The notes beneath the pieces were generated by a model. The model saw only the letters and a program-made list of their open reading frames with translations. It made no database searches and was not told the origin of the DNA. A stretch of 64,000 nt of DNA from Parasitella parasitica NRRL 2501 (lineage: Eukaryota; Fungi; Mucoromycota), in contig MU619339.1 in NCBI GenBank assembly GCA_025201805.1, positions 18,653 to 82,652 of the forward strand, in the 5' to 3' direction. A program made the position numbers and the translations under genes. Below are positions 26,871 through 40,394 of this stretch, piece after piece; the first letter of the stretch is position 1, and each line of letters starts with the position of its first letter.

Positions 26871-28567
26871 ATTGATTTAATGCAATTTAAATAAACATGT
26901 ATTATCCAAGTATTACGATGTCAGGAGCGCAGAAGCTAGGAAAAGGACGTATAGCTTAAGAAATGTCTAAGAAAGCTTAGGATTGATCTGCAATACCTTT
27001 TAAATTGTCTTAATCAGGGCAAATAGAAGATTAAGTTTGTGAATTGCTACTTCCCACCAGAATGCCTCGGTGCTTCAGTCCCTATTTTTTGTATATCGCA
27101 TAAAATGCTATGGTCTTGGCGAAGATACCAGTCTTGGATTGGCTAGTTGTTGGAAAGGCAAAGTTTCGTTGAATATCAAAGGGAAAAGCAATGGCCAAGG
27201 TTGACCTCTTGTCTCTTGATTGAGTTGTTCCCTGTATATTAATAGTACATGTCTGAGTGTATATCACTTGGTATTCATCTTAGCATATATCGGTATATGT
27301 AGCATGTCTAGAGCATGTCATAAGCATATCTATAGCATTGCACATATTGTACACATCTGTAGTACATAATGTATCTGTAGCTAGTATCATGGATATAAGT
27401 ATATGTCTTATAGTGCGTATGTAGAAACTGGGAATACGCATCTAAAGCATAAATCTTATATAGTATAAGCTCGTAGCATATACTAGATTTAGTAAATGTC
27501 TAAGGCTCGTGTCGTGATATAAGTATCAGTCTATAGCGCCATCCATCCTAATGGTGCCATCTCTAGCTTATATCTTATATAGTATAAATCTATATTTCAC
27601 ATCTTACTATCTGTGCGCATATATGTAGTTTATATCAATTTAGGGTAACTGGATGAATCTAGAAATGGAATGCAGATCATATTTCACTGTGCCCTTTTCA
27701 AGTCATGGCGGAACAATATTGATTCATAATGATACAAAATATACGACAAACCTTGTAGGATCATAGATGAATACATACAATGCCACATATCAAGTTCCAT
27801 TTATGGTGAAGAGAGAATATTGTTCGGAGCGATATATTCCAGAACTCTAGTTCGTGATCAAATTCATTACTTCTGTTTTTCCTTATTACATTATAATAAC
27901 ACTACATGTTTGGATGCTTTGAGGTTATTCTTCGAATGTGAAATAATAACCTGCTGTTTGTTGGATATTTTCTCATGAATAGGGTAATTTATTAGTACTA
28001 AATATGAGTGATGTATCGGATTCAAATGTCCACTAATACTTGAAGCTATTCTTAATGTTTAAAGGAAGGACGAATGATGAAAAGATGTATCATATATGAT
28101 AATGGGTAGTTGCTCAAATGCTAGAAAAGAAAGTATTTTATCTGGATAAAACATACATATTTTCAATACGTTCGAATGCTTGATACTTGGATTTAGTGAG
28201 TCTATAGTCTTCAAGTCTTAAACGAGCACAGAGCTCGTGTTTCAATTTATATTATAAGCACTTGTGATAATACCAATGAAAGCCATAAATTGTGAGCATT
28301 GTTGACGGAAAGTAAAGGATTGTAACAGTTGCTTCTTTCATAGAATCTAATCAGTGAATGATACAGGTGAATATGACGCCTATGAATCAAAGTTTAACTC
28401 TGTTTTATGCCTTGAAATATTTGGATGCATCCACAATTGACATTCGATCTAAGCTAATACGCTGATAATCCGAACCTCCATGTCACGCTTAATGATAGCG
28501 TAAGTTGAACTTGTGCAAAATACCAGCTTTTTTTCTTCTAGAGATTCTTCTGTTTTATTAAACACAA

Positions 28568-29719
28568 ATGGCTAATCGATCAGGTTCAGGTTCTCCATAC
28601 AAAAGAAAACGCTCACCGTCTCTACCAAGACGTCAAAGGCGTTCGTCTTCATCTCCAAGTCGCTCGCCTTCACCAAGAAGACGTTCACCTTCACCAAGAA
28701 GGCGCGATGACAACCACAGAAGACATAGAGATCGTTCCAGCGATAGGTATAGACGTCTTTCACCAAACAGAAACAATTACCAGCAAAGAACAACAGAAAT
28801 TGATGGCATCACAATCCGTCCAGAGGAAAGCTTCTCAGATTTGTAAGTTGTTGTCCATATACGATATTATTTTCAGATTTTTAACGTTTGAATTAGTCGC
28901 ACAAGGGTTAGAAATGAATCAACAAAGACTATTTGGGCACTCTCGCCTTCACGAGCACGATCAGCAACACCCGAAGAGCCTCGTAGATCAAGGAAGAGTA
29001 AAAAATATGACAGCGACAGTGTAACAAATTCGTCTGACGACGACCGACACGGTCGTGGACGCCGCAGCCATCGCAGCAGTAAACACAAATCTAGTGGTAG
29101 CAGTAGACACAAGAGCAGTCGACATAAGTCGAGCAAACATAGTAGCGGTCGACATAAATCAAGTAGTCATCGACATAGTAAAAAGAGAAGGTATAGCTCA
29201 TCGTCGTCCTCTGAAGAGGAAAACAAAGGCAGATCTGATGGCGAAGATGAGGGCAAAAAACCTGCGTTGGAGGTTGATCAATCACAAATCGATCAAGTTC
29301 AAGATCTTTGGATTGAAAAGCAAGTGGATCTTCCTGACGACTTGGCACCAGTCGGACCAGTTCCTTTAGCTGAAAACGAACAAAACGATGAGAGAGCTTA
29401 TGGTAGTCAATTACTTCCAGGAGAAGGTTCAGCCATGGCAGCTTATGTCAAGGAAGGTAAACGTATTCCACGCCGTGGTGAAATCGGGCTTAGTGGAGAT
29501 CAAATTGCAGAATTTGAAAAGGCTGGTTATGTGATGAGTGGTAGTAGACATCAACGCATGAATGCAGTTCGTCTTCGTAAGGAAAACCAGGTTATTTCAG
29601 CCGAAGAAAAACGACTTGTATTGCAACATGCACAGGAACAAAAAATCAAGCGTGAAAATGAGATCATCTCTGGATTTAGAGAAATCTTGAGCGATAAATT
29701 CAAAAAGAGTGATGACTAG
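28568..29719 (+). CDS. NKAP: NKAP-like RS-domain splicing/nuclear protein (intron 28843-28896)
   Basis: RS-rich N-terminus, then the NKAP C-terminal signature [54 protein letters not shown]. Confidence 0.93.
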
Positions 29720-29996
29720 AAATAAAGACATCGTGTTACTTGTTCAGTTAAAAGGGGAAACCAACAACATGTTTATTAACAAATTCTCCGTTTTATCCCA
29801 TCATTAAACCCTGTTGCAACAATACACTAAGATCGTCATTGATATGTGATTCATGGCGGTTAATTAATTCATCCTTGCTCTTGTGGACCTCAATTTATAA
29901 TGTTTCTTCCTATTGTTTCTTTTCTTCTTTTTTTCTTCTTTTCCTCTTTTCCTCTTTTCTCCTCACTTTACGAAATCTAGATACGCAAGTTAGGAA

Positions 29997-32900
29997 ATGA
30001 GATATATTCAAGTGTGTAAAGCACTATACGACTATGATGCTCGAACTGAAGAAGAGCTTGCCATCCGGGAGAATGATATCCTGTATATCATCGAGAAAGA
30101 CAGTGAGGATTGGTGGCGAGCCGAATTAAAGCAGCAGAATGGAGAAGAGCAGGGACCTGTCGGATTAGTGCCCGCAGACTATGTAGAAGAGGTAAAAGGG
30201 TTAAAAAAAAATTCGAGATTATGACAACTGATAAGCAGAATCCATACATTGTAAGGTTACGCCAATTGGCAGAGTACGTGCAGAGTTTGACTATGTTGCT
30301 CAGCAAGAAGAGGAATTATCATTTGAGGAAGGCGATGAAATGGATTTATTAGAGAGAGATGATCCAGATTGGTATCTCGTCAAGTTGAATGATGGACAGA
30401 TTGGCCTAGCACCCAGTAACTATGTCCAAGATGCAGAGGACCATTTCGAGGAAGCCCAACAACACCAGCAACAACAACCACAACAATATAACCCTATCTC
30501 GACATCTCCTCCCGCTCCTTCCCCTCGAGCTCAGCCCATATTATCTCATACTGTAAGCAGCTTCCTTTTTGAACGCATCAAAATTGTGTCTAACTACCTT
30601 TTTTAGACTGGCTCAACGACTATCACTCGAGAGGCTATTGCAGATGACGCCCAGTCTTGGAATGTGCATGAATACGATGCAGCCAAAAAGAAAAAGAAGA
30701 AAGGAAAGGGTAATTTATTCGTCGGTAATGGCATGATTTGTTACGGCAGCGAAACAGATAAAGCATTGCCGGTCCAGCAATACCCTATTTTGGATGTAAC
30801 AAAGTATTTGTATGACGGTAAAAACTTGCATTTTGAAATTGAAGGTGCCAAGCAAACAGTGTTGGATCTGCAAGCCTCCTCTAAATCAGAAGCCAAAGCC
30901 ATCTTGGTCAAAATCTCTGATTCTATTAGAGCCGCCCAAATGTCAAACACCCATCTTAATATACAAAGCCAAAAACAAGTAGCTGCTCCTGCTGCGGCCA
31001 TCCCGCCAGCAACTTCTTCCCATGCCCCTTCACCACCTCCACAGCCTCAACGCTATGACGAACAAGAAGAAGAGGAGTCCAACTGCGTACCCAAGTGGGG
31101 AATTTCTATTTATTCCTTCCAAGCTGAAGGTGGAGATGAGTTATCTGTGGAGGAAAATGAGCAAATCTATGTGATAGACTATGAAAGAACAGACGGATGG
31201 TGGCGCGTACAGAAATTGGACGGTAATGTTGGTTTGGTACCTTCATCTTATGTCCAGTTTGACGATGAAGAAGATCAACAGGATCATGATCGTTCTACTA
31301 GTATTGATCCTGCCGTTGCTACTACTACAATTTCAGGCTCCCGCAATGATAACGTTGAAGAAATAAGAAGAAAGCGTGCTGAGGAGGAACGTACATTGCA
31401 ACAACAACGTGTTGCTGAAGATAGAGCACGCGAAGTACAAAGACGCAAAGAGCAAGAAGAAAAAGAGCGCAAGAGACGCGAGGAAGAAGAGGCTCGTCGC
31501 AGAGAAGAGGAGGATCGTCGACGAGAAGAAGACAGACAACGCGAAGAAGAAGAGCGAGAGAGACGAAGACAAGCCCAGGAAGCTGCTAAACGCGCAGAAG
31601 CTGCTCGCCAAAAGCAATTAGAAGAAGATTATAGACGTAAAGAAGCTGAGCGTAAGGCATCGCTTGCTCGTTCTGCCTCTAAAACTCGTCATCAAGACCT
31701 TCCAAAACCAGACTCTGCAAAGGTTAGAACATGGACAGATCGCAGCGGCTCATTCAAAGTAGAAGCTCAATTTATTGATTTCCATAACGGCAAATTGCGT
31801 TTGCACAAGTTAAACGGCGTCAAGATTGATGTGCCTGTGGAAAAAATGTGTGCTGAAGATGTGCGCTGGGTTGAGAATCATGCCAGAAAACAGGACCAAG
31901 ATGAAGAAATTACGCCTGCAATGCCTCCTCGGCCTCAGCAATCGATTCCTCCTCCTAATTCCGTCTCTATACCTTCAAAGCCTCCGCAGAAAAAGCTGAA
32001 CGAAAGATGGGATTGGTTTGACTGGTTCATGATCATTGGCATTCCTATGCAACAATCGCTACAATATGCTGCTTCATTCAAGTCCGAGAAACTGGACGAC
32101 AGTGACATCCCCAACTTAACTCACAAGCAAATGAAGATTCTGGGATTGAAGGAAGAGCATGTCCAACGCATTGAAAGGTATATCGAGACAGGTCAGCCAG
32201 AAGATATCACAGAGGAGGAAGCCGCTCAGAAAAAGAAGGAGTTGAGCCAAATCGAAAAAGACGAGGAGTTGGCTAGAAATCTTCAAAAAGAATGGGAAGC
32301 ATCTGAAGGTGTCAAGGGCAAAGGTAATTTTGATTGCAGGTTGATTGATAAATACCGCTTATTGAAATCGGCTTTGTTTTATTGTAGGTTCATCTTCTAA
32401 TGCTAGACCTAGACCCACTGTTTCTGCACCTAAGGATGTTCATCCTGATCTCTTAGATTTCATCGGCTCTCAGTTGAGCAGCTCTTCTGCTGATACTGGT
32501 AAGGCTAAGGAGTCTGAGAAGCCCAAGAGTGACTTGACTGGATTCAACGACGACGCTTGGACTCCTCGTGCAGAAAGTAGCCCCATGGCAGCGTTATCTC
32601 CCATGAAGACGGCTCAGTCTACAGCCGCTATATCTACACCTCCCGTTGCTGCACCTGCTGGGCCTAACCTCGAACAAATTAAGGCATCAGAAGCCGAACG
32701 AAAACGCTTGCAAGAGGAAGAGCAGATTCAAAAGATACATTTAATGAGCTTGCAACGACAAGCCAAAGAACAAAAACAACAGCTGGAAGAATTACAAAAA
32801 TTGACTCAACAACAATTAGAGCTTCAGAAGCAATTAGCTATGCAAACAGGCACGCAGCAGCAACAGCAGCAACAACAGCAACAGATGTTACAAGTTCAAG

Positions 32901-33782
32901 CACAACAGCAGCAGCTTCAACATCAGCTTGCTCAATATCCTGCTCAGCTACAATCATCATCACCTGCTTCTCAGCCCACTGGTTTCAATACCCAACAGCT
33001 TACTGGTTTCCAAAATGGATTTAGCACAGGACAGCAACCCCCTCCTGCCAGTCGTCAACGACCTATGACTGCTAACACTCTCCCATTAGACCCTTCGCTG
33101 GGACAATGGCAACCCAATCAACAACAGTATCAACAACAAACTGGATCCCAATTACATGCTAGTCAGCAACCAATGCAAACTGGATTCCACCAGCATCAAG
33201 CACCTCAACAACAGAATTCATGGCAATCACTTCAGCCTCAAATGACAGGTTTCCCTGCAAGTAATCCGCCTGTGGGTGGCAGTAATTATCCAGCGCTCGT
33301 ACCCGCTTCTGCTGCTGGGCAGCAAGGACTTTCAAGATCACAAACAATTGGTGCCCAATTTACTGGTAGACATTGGAACAGTGCTAGTAAGTTATTCAGA
33401 TCATGCACATCTGATTGTCGATGCTAATCTTTTGATTCTCCTAGCTCCTGACAATCCATTCGGATCTCCTACGCTATCTCCTTTGCAGGCACAAATGACA
33501 GGTGTTCAATTCTCGACTCCTAGTCCTCAAGCATTCCACCAGAGCCCTTTACAATCCCAGCAACAAACTGGTTACATGCAACCGCAGATGACAGGATTCT
33601 TGCCTCAGCAGCAGCAACAACAACAGCAACAGCAACCGGTCGGTAATAGCATTTTTACTCCCCAAGGCTCAATGCAATGTAAGTGGAAATATATCTGTTT
33701 TTATATAGTTTTCTAATGGTGATTTTTATCTCTCTCCCTAGATGGCCAGTCTGCTTTTCCTAACAACCAGCGTCCCTGGTAG
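29997..33782 (+). CDS. SLA1: Endocytic adaptor SLA1 (3x SH3, SHD1, SHD2/SAM, QxTG repeats)
   Basis: Two N-terminal SH3 domains and a third SH3, SHD1 RTWTDRSGSFKVEAQF..LHKLNGVKIDVP, WDWFDWF SHD2, QMTG/QPTG repeats and NPF. Confidence 0.93.
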
Positions 33783-34407
33783 ATTCATTATCAAACTATA
33801 ATAAAGTCTCATCTTCCATATATCAGCCTGCTTGATAGCATTTGTCTTTAAAACCTGAGAGTTGTATCCCTTCGAATCAAGCTTGAATATAACATCGCTA
33901 CTTTGCAATTTTCAACCTTAATGAAAGCCAGATCCCTTTTTCGTGTAGTTTGTGGCTAATGCTAATTTAGTAATGTCAATCAGACTTTAATGTTGTTTAG
34001 CAAGACTTATTCAATACACTGAGAGGCTCATTGCTAATACTTTAGGCAAAATTTATTGTGCGTAAACGAAAGTATGTCGTCTTTTCACTGTGCTATAATA
34101 TATGCATTTTTCTGGCTAAATCTCATTTTACTTGATTCATTAAAAGCTTAATATAGTTGTCAGTTATCAGTTGCCAGCTTTCGACAAAAGAAACCTAGTG
34201 CAAGCAAAGACCAAATCTCAGTGGAAAAAAAAATCACTATAATTATGTTGCTAAATAATGCTTCTTTGTTTTATAAACGACAAATGTTGCCAACTGCCGT
34301 GCAGCAATCTACCTGGTACTCTTTGTTCTTCCGAGTATAAATACAAGTCTACATTTGATGTATGTGGTCTCTATAAACCTCTTGTATTTTTACGGATATA
34401 CATTGAA

Positions 34408-35024
34408 ATGCACCCGAAATTGGTCTGTAGTATCTGCCTGGACGACATGTTTAAAGACGAGGCAATTGTTTCGCTTCCTTGCGGCCATATTTTTGGAGAG
34501 TCGTGGTAAACAAAACAGCAAATATACAAACAAACAAATGTTAAAATACGTCATTTAGCATCAAAGAATATATGCGTGCCTCTTCAACACATAAATGTCC
34601 TCTTTGCCAAACAAGCTATCGTTCTGGAAAACTCCAGCGTATTTATATTTCCCTTGAAGAGAATGCCAATTGCTACAAAGAGCAATGCGATGAACTTTCC
34701 GAGAAGACCGAGACGTTGACTAAACATTGCTTGATGATGGCCCGATTGAGTAAGATGTTGGTGCACAACGCCGCCATAGCAGAGGAAGCAAATGCAGTTT
34801 TAGATGAGATCGTGAAAGGCGTAAACGAGACTCTGGAAATAGGAGATGAATCTGCTGAAGCAAGTATTGAAGTTACTGAAGTAGTAAGCTCCCTTGCACG
34901 ACAAGTGGCAAATCTCTCTACTGAACCTAAAGCCAACAAGCAAGCAACTACGGTTGGTCCAGCAGCAAGCAAAGTAGTGCGCATACCAAGAACATTTCGT
35001 CAGCTTTTTAAAAAGACCAAATAA
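34408..35024 (+). CDS. Small RING-finger (C3HGC3 variant) plus coiled-coil protein, putative E3 ligase (2 exons)
   Basis: After splicing: CSIC..LPCGHIFGESCIKEY..CPLC, followed by a helical/coiled-coil tail. About 185 aa. Confidence 0.8.
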
Positions 35025-35846
35025 AACAATATAAAGTAAAAAAAATGTCAAAAGTTGGTTTTTGTGATTGAGGGATGGAAATACAATACCAATTGGCGGT
35101 TTTCCACTTGGTGCATTCAGTTTAAAAGTAGAGGCCAGCAAGAGCTTAAATTTTGCAGGCATGATAATAACGCCATCAACCTTTAAACGAATTTGCCAAA
35201 AAAGAAACCTCACCCCCTTGTATTCGTTTCGATGTTCATCTTTGGTTTTTAAGTAATTACATGTTGTTTTAAAAGGCCTCTGCTTATCAATAGAGCGTTG
35301 ATCTAATGATGGCTTGTAAACATCATTCACAATAATGGAATGCCAATGTTTAACACTTGAATGAAAGTTTTACCAAGGTATTAAGTACTTTCTTTAGTAT
35401 TATCATCTTTAAATTAATTGTGGTTAAATTAAATGAGCACAATCTTGTATCGTGAACATTGTAAGGTTAGATCTCATCTCAATTCCAATAGTAACACTGA
35501 CAATCAAATAGAATTGTATAAGACGTAGAAACCAGGACCAAAGCAATTCTTGCTTCCTTTCCCAATCAACAGCAAAATCCCTACGTCTGCCTGAAATAAT
35601 CACTTATGTCCCTTTATTTATTGTTTTTGGAAATAACTCCCACATTGTCATAAATCAAGAACCCCATTTTTTCCTTCTATGCTGAAGCTTATCAAAGCAA
35701 TTGTAACAAATGCGTAATCTAAGAATCCTGCCCTTGATTATATCAAGATACTTTTACGACTTGATATCAAATGAAAAAGATATTGTATTGTCGAACTCGT
35801 CTTCATAATGATTTCATGTCTAGTATCAATAAATGGCGCCGCAAGA

Positions 35847-36533
35847 TTACGCTAGAACTGACAACCGAAATGTTTTGGCAGAAGCTTTGGCATTACTAAA
35901 TGATTGTCCGTCATGAAGTTTAAACTGGTTGGCAAAAGAAGCAAATGAGACGGCCGAATCTTCTAAAGGAGCAGGACTACAAACAGGAACAAAGAATGGC
36001 TGGAACTTCAGTTGTCTGGTAGCTAAACCTTTGAAGATCGTGGAAGGCGCACGCTTCCAAGTCAGCAAAGAAGGATCCCGAGTGTCTTTCCAATGAATAA
36101 AATTGATACGGGAGTCGTATTGAAATACATCGGAAACCAGCATTTGTTTAGCCTTGACCGGAACTGAGAACGACGAAGAGGCTGGGACATAAAAGGCAAC
36201 TCGTAGTGGCAGAACCATAGCAGTTGCAGTATTGAGGCGAGCAAAATCAAATGTATGTAGAACTAAATCTACAGCCTTATATATCATGTCGACAGTACTG
36301 GTTCTTTGTTTCCTCAATCCTTGGGAGCGAGAGATAGGGAATAGCAGAGGAATATGATGGTACTTACAGCCATTGACATTACGGAGATGATAACTAAGCA
36401 GATAATAGACGGGATGTGAGTCGATGGTAGCTTGATCGTGCGCTAGTAAAGGTTGTAGCCAATGAAAGTACAAAGCCGAGGCCTGTATCTCTATATTCAC
36501 CACTCCTAAACCTCCTTGCTCTTTCGGTAATAG
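35847..36533 (-). mobile_element. Fragment of an L1/Tx1-clade non-LTR retrotransposon ORF2 (post-RT region)
   Basis: LLPKEQGGLGVVNIEIQASALYFHWLQPLL is the characteristic LPKxxGGLG motif downstream of LINE RT. Intronless and truncated at both ends. Confidence 0.75.
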
Positions 36534-37263
36534 ATTTCAGTATTGTAAAAGAGAACTTCAAGGAGATCAGCCCAAATTTTGATCATAATGTCAGCTTCTG
36601 ACGGGGTTGGCTTCGAGAGAGTAAACAGTGATTTATGTTTCATCATCTTATCAATAATAATGAATAAGTTCTTAATCATTCAAGTAATTGTTTTCAAGAT
36701 GTTATAAACTTACATAAGCCAGACCAGTTCATAACCCATTTTTTCATTTAATTTAGGAGCTTTTCTTTGATAATCTTTTTGCATTCCACTAACACCCTTT
36801 GGCATCATGATAGTTCTATAACAACGGTAGTTATGTATTTTATGTAACTAAATGGTTGTGTTTGACGCATACCTTAAATACGTTGTCGATCTTTCGCAAT
36901 GCCGGTCTGGATTCAATCAAATCATTGGATGGGGATGTAGAGAATAAAGTTTTGATTTCATTCCAGTTTTCTTGAGAAAATAATAAATGTTGGTCTATTA
37001 AGCTGCCATATGTAAGGTCAAGTATGCAGTTCAGGCCACAGCTTTGTTAAAAAAAGTTGCTATTTTTTGTGTTCTGTTTGCCAGCCGGAATAAACTCCAG
37101 TGAATGAAGGTAGGCTTTTCCCTGGAGACATATGGCTCGCAGATGGGAACTGATGTTAGTAAATGCACTTAAGTAGACGGGCAGCACTAGTACTAGTTGG
37201 GGTTTACTAAAAAGAACAATTCAACTTGTTCCACTGCTGGCGGTTGAAGTCAACTCTCTAACC

Positions 37264-37619
37264 CTACTCCACAAGCGCGATGTCAGATGGGTTTAATGAC
37301 TCGTAGTTAATGTGCTTCTTCATCGCTGCACGCTTAATTATTGTTGCAACTGACAAATCATTGTTGTTAACTTCAAGATGATCTTTACCAGTATACTATA
37401 AAAATGTCAAAATTTTAATTTTAATTGAAAATGATATTTGTAAAATATGTTGACCTGTTCGGCTTCTTTTTTTCTTTTATTGATTTGTTTTGCAGAGTCC
37501 TCTGTAGAGATGGGAAGAGAGCCGGTGGAAGAAAATGTGGTTGAACTGAAAGCTGCTGCTTTCTTTTTGTTTACTTGCTCAAGAAAATTTTGTACGGTGA
37601 GGTTACTAAATATTGCTTC
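37264..37619 (-). pseudogene. Spliced gene relic, probably the N-terminal part of a Mucorales REase-fold family member
   Basis: Exon 37619-37455 and GT..AG intron 37454-37396 splice in frame to YTGKDHLEVNNNDLSVATIIKRAAMKKHINYESLNPSDIALVE*, followed by further in-frame stops. Family assignment is from memory of similar proteins. Confidence 0.4.
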
Positions 37620-37989
37620 CTGAAATGCAGTTTATTTCAGTCTAAGCAATGCAAATATAAAAAGGTCAAGGAGTAATAGCGGAGACGCGTGAATAAACTG
37701 AAGAGGTACCTCTGGGTTCATTTTGGTTTGCAGAAAAGAAGAGATTTCCCGCGCCAAAAAAAAAGTCTACAACACTGAAAAAAAAAAAAAAAAACTGTGT
37801 ATGGGAAGGAATTTGCTTTTCGTTTATCCACAGCTTGTTGACTCAAACCTTTCCAGGCACAACTATCTCTGATATTGATGTTTTCTTGGTGATAACCTGC
37901 CATCTCCATGATAGTAAACTGGATGCCAAAAATACAATTGCGATGGATAGACTCGGATCTTTTGTTTCTTGAGTGAACACTGATATACC

Positions 37990-38199
37990 ACTATACATTC
38001 CACGTTATTCGTCTGAACTCAATCCCATCGAGATGTTATGGAAAGTGTGGAAGGGCCGAATGAAAAAGTGAATTATAGATGCAGAGGCACTTCAAGAACA
38101 ATTGAAGGCAACGAGGATGCTCCCGTTGAACATATACAAAGTTTCATCCAGCACTCTATTGATGTATTCCCTAAATGCTTTAATAAAGAACCTCTGTAA
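37990..38199 (+). mobile_element. Tc1/IS630-type DDE transposase C-terminal remnant
   Basis: YIPRYSSELNPIEMLWKVWK is a degenerate LPPYSPxLNPIExxW motif. A frameshifted tail follows: PVEHIQSFIQHSIDVFPKCFNKEPL*. Confidence 0.8.
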
Positions 38200-38535
38200 T
38201 CATTTTATTATTTAGTTAAATTACTTTCTAGAAATGCTGGTCAAATTAGTCTCATTTTTTTGGGCAATTTTACCTCGTACAAGTGTCCAAAGTGGGTGGA
38301 ATTTTCAAGAATTTGGTAAATTGAGAGTGGAAGTGTAGTATGTGTAACTTGGAACATAGGAGGAACTGTCCAATGAAATTTACGGACGATTTCACCATCT
38401 TTCGAGTTTACAAGTGGTTAAGAAACGAAGCTATTACATGTTAAAAGGAGAAAGGGAATGTTTCTCTTCTTTTTCGCTTTTCTTTACATTTAATTTTACT
38501 ACATATTTATTTTCTGCGATTTTTTTTATCATATA

Positions 38536-39453
38536 TTAGTCCTGTATACGTTGACCACCAATGGAGTAAAATGAACAGATCCCGCTACTTCGTGCCTTGC
38601 CAGTGTTCTCTTCAAATGTCTTGCACATTTTATAAGGTGGTGTGTATAAATGAAGAGACACAGCGCCCTTTTCTGCGCTTGGGTTTGATATACGATGTAA
38701 GCCGATCCTGTCTATTAGATATGCATTAGCTTACTAACTAACACTTGTTTTACAGAATCGTACCATGTACATAGGTGACTTGGTTTGGCTGGTACACTGT
38801 ATCTCTGGATATAGCCAATGGCTTGCCATGTAACTGCTGATCTGCACAAAGCGACGAAGAAGAGGCCGAGCCTTCGGTGATATCAGCACTGATTGGAACA
38901 TCATCCTGCTGCTCACCTGACGACGGCCAACGGAACAATGTTTCTTGCAATTCTCCGTCAAGGATTTTCATAACACAATGTGATCCTGAATGATCATGAA
39001 TCGGACTAGAGGCAACAACAAATGTTAGTGATGATAGCATAGCGCATCAAAGTAGAATTTTTCCCACCTTTTTTGGCCTTTGCTCCAGGCTAAGATCATT
39101 AGATTGAACTAGATAGATGCAGTGTTTATATCAGCAAAGCATGGAATGTACTATATACATCAGTTTCACTTTACCTTGCCATTGCCATCATCAATCAAGT
39201 TTCGTGTGTACGCTCTGGAATGGTCAAACAATGTATATTGGTTCCAATCGATGGAATTGGAGCTGTATTTCTCCATCAACTGGATTATCTTTTGCGCATC
39301 AATCCGGTCAGAATCAAGGCCTTCATCGCCCAGTACGTCGTGGATAGATTGGATAAGGTTAGATAATTTGAAATCATCATCTTTTGCATCTGCAGTAGCT
39401 GTCGATGCATAGGAAGCAGACTCGATATGGAGAGGTTCTTGAGGAGGAGACAT
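38536..39453 (-). CDS. CDO1: Cysteine dioxygenase type I, multi-exon
   Basis: [44 protein letters not shown] and [11 protein letters not shown]: the 3-His iron site and Cys-Tyr crosslink residues are present. Confidence 0.93.
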
Positions 39454-40394
39454 TTTCTTTTTTGCGGTGTAGAGGGAAAGAAGAGAAAGAGAGAGATGAA
39501 TGATAAGCACCTATATATACACCCAGCATATCCGGATATACCCTCTATCGTATCGTATATATATCACACACACACGCACACACATATATATACGTACACC
39601 AGCTACACACACAAAGCCTCCTGGCTCAGTTCATTAAGGGGACTTGATTTCTTATCAGAATTGCACTAATCAGTAAATTCCTGTTATACACAAGCAGCAA
39701 CATGATGGAACAAATTTATGCTTATTTACAAAGGAACCAAACCCAATAGAGGTAGGACAACTGTTAATTTGAAGAATATTTTCCCGAATTCGGTGCCTCA
39801 GTCCATTTTCCCACCCTACTTCTCGCCCTCTCGCTCTTATTATCTCAAGCAGAAGCGTCATTTCCATAATGTAGTATGCAGCAAACACTACATATTTAAG
39901 GGGGAAAGAAAGGAAGGAGCCAGGCAGCTCTTCTTTTTTTTATTGAACACGGCGAAGACAAATTAGAGGTAAGCGAAAGTAGGCGTATTAGCAGCATATA
40001 TGGAGGGGTGTGTGTGGTGATGTTTTGTTTTAGGCTATATACGGTATAAATAAAAAAAGAAATTTTTCGTTTGTTTTGAACGTTAAATTTTTACACCAGA
40101 AACAAGGTTGTCAAACGCTTAGGAAAGGGATCCCATGATTATCAATGACATACTTGATTGCTTTAAACACACTAACAACCAGCCTTGCCATTCACCAACA
40201 TGCCACATTTATACAAACAATGGATTGTTTTTTAGTGCGATATTATACCAAATATTAATAAGGGGACAAAGGAAGAGGCAGTTTATGGAAATCCGTTTGT
40301 AAAAAGACTGACCATTGTCACCATGTTTGCTTGTTTTACTAACGTATATCATGCAAATCAAAAATATAATGTCATGTAGCCATATATGATTGTT

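Noticed and set aside
34800-35330. 176-aa minus-strand ORF overlapping the RING gene
   Set aside because: No recognisable motif, partly antisense to a real exon, and no supporting splice structure.
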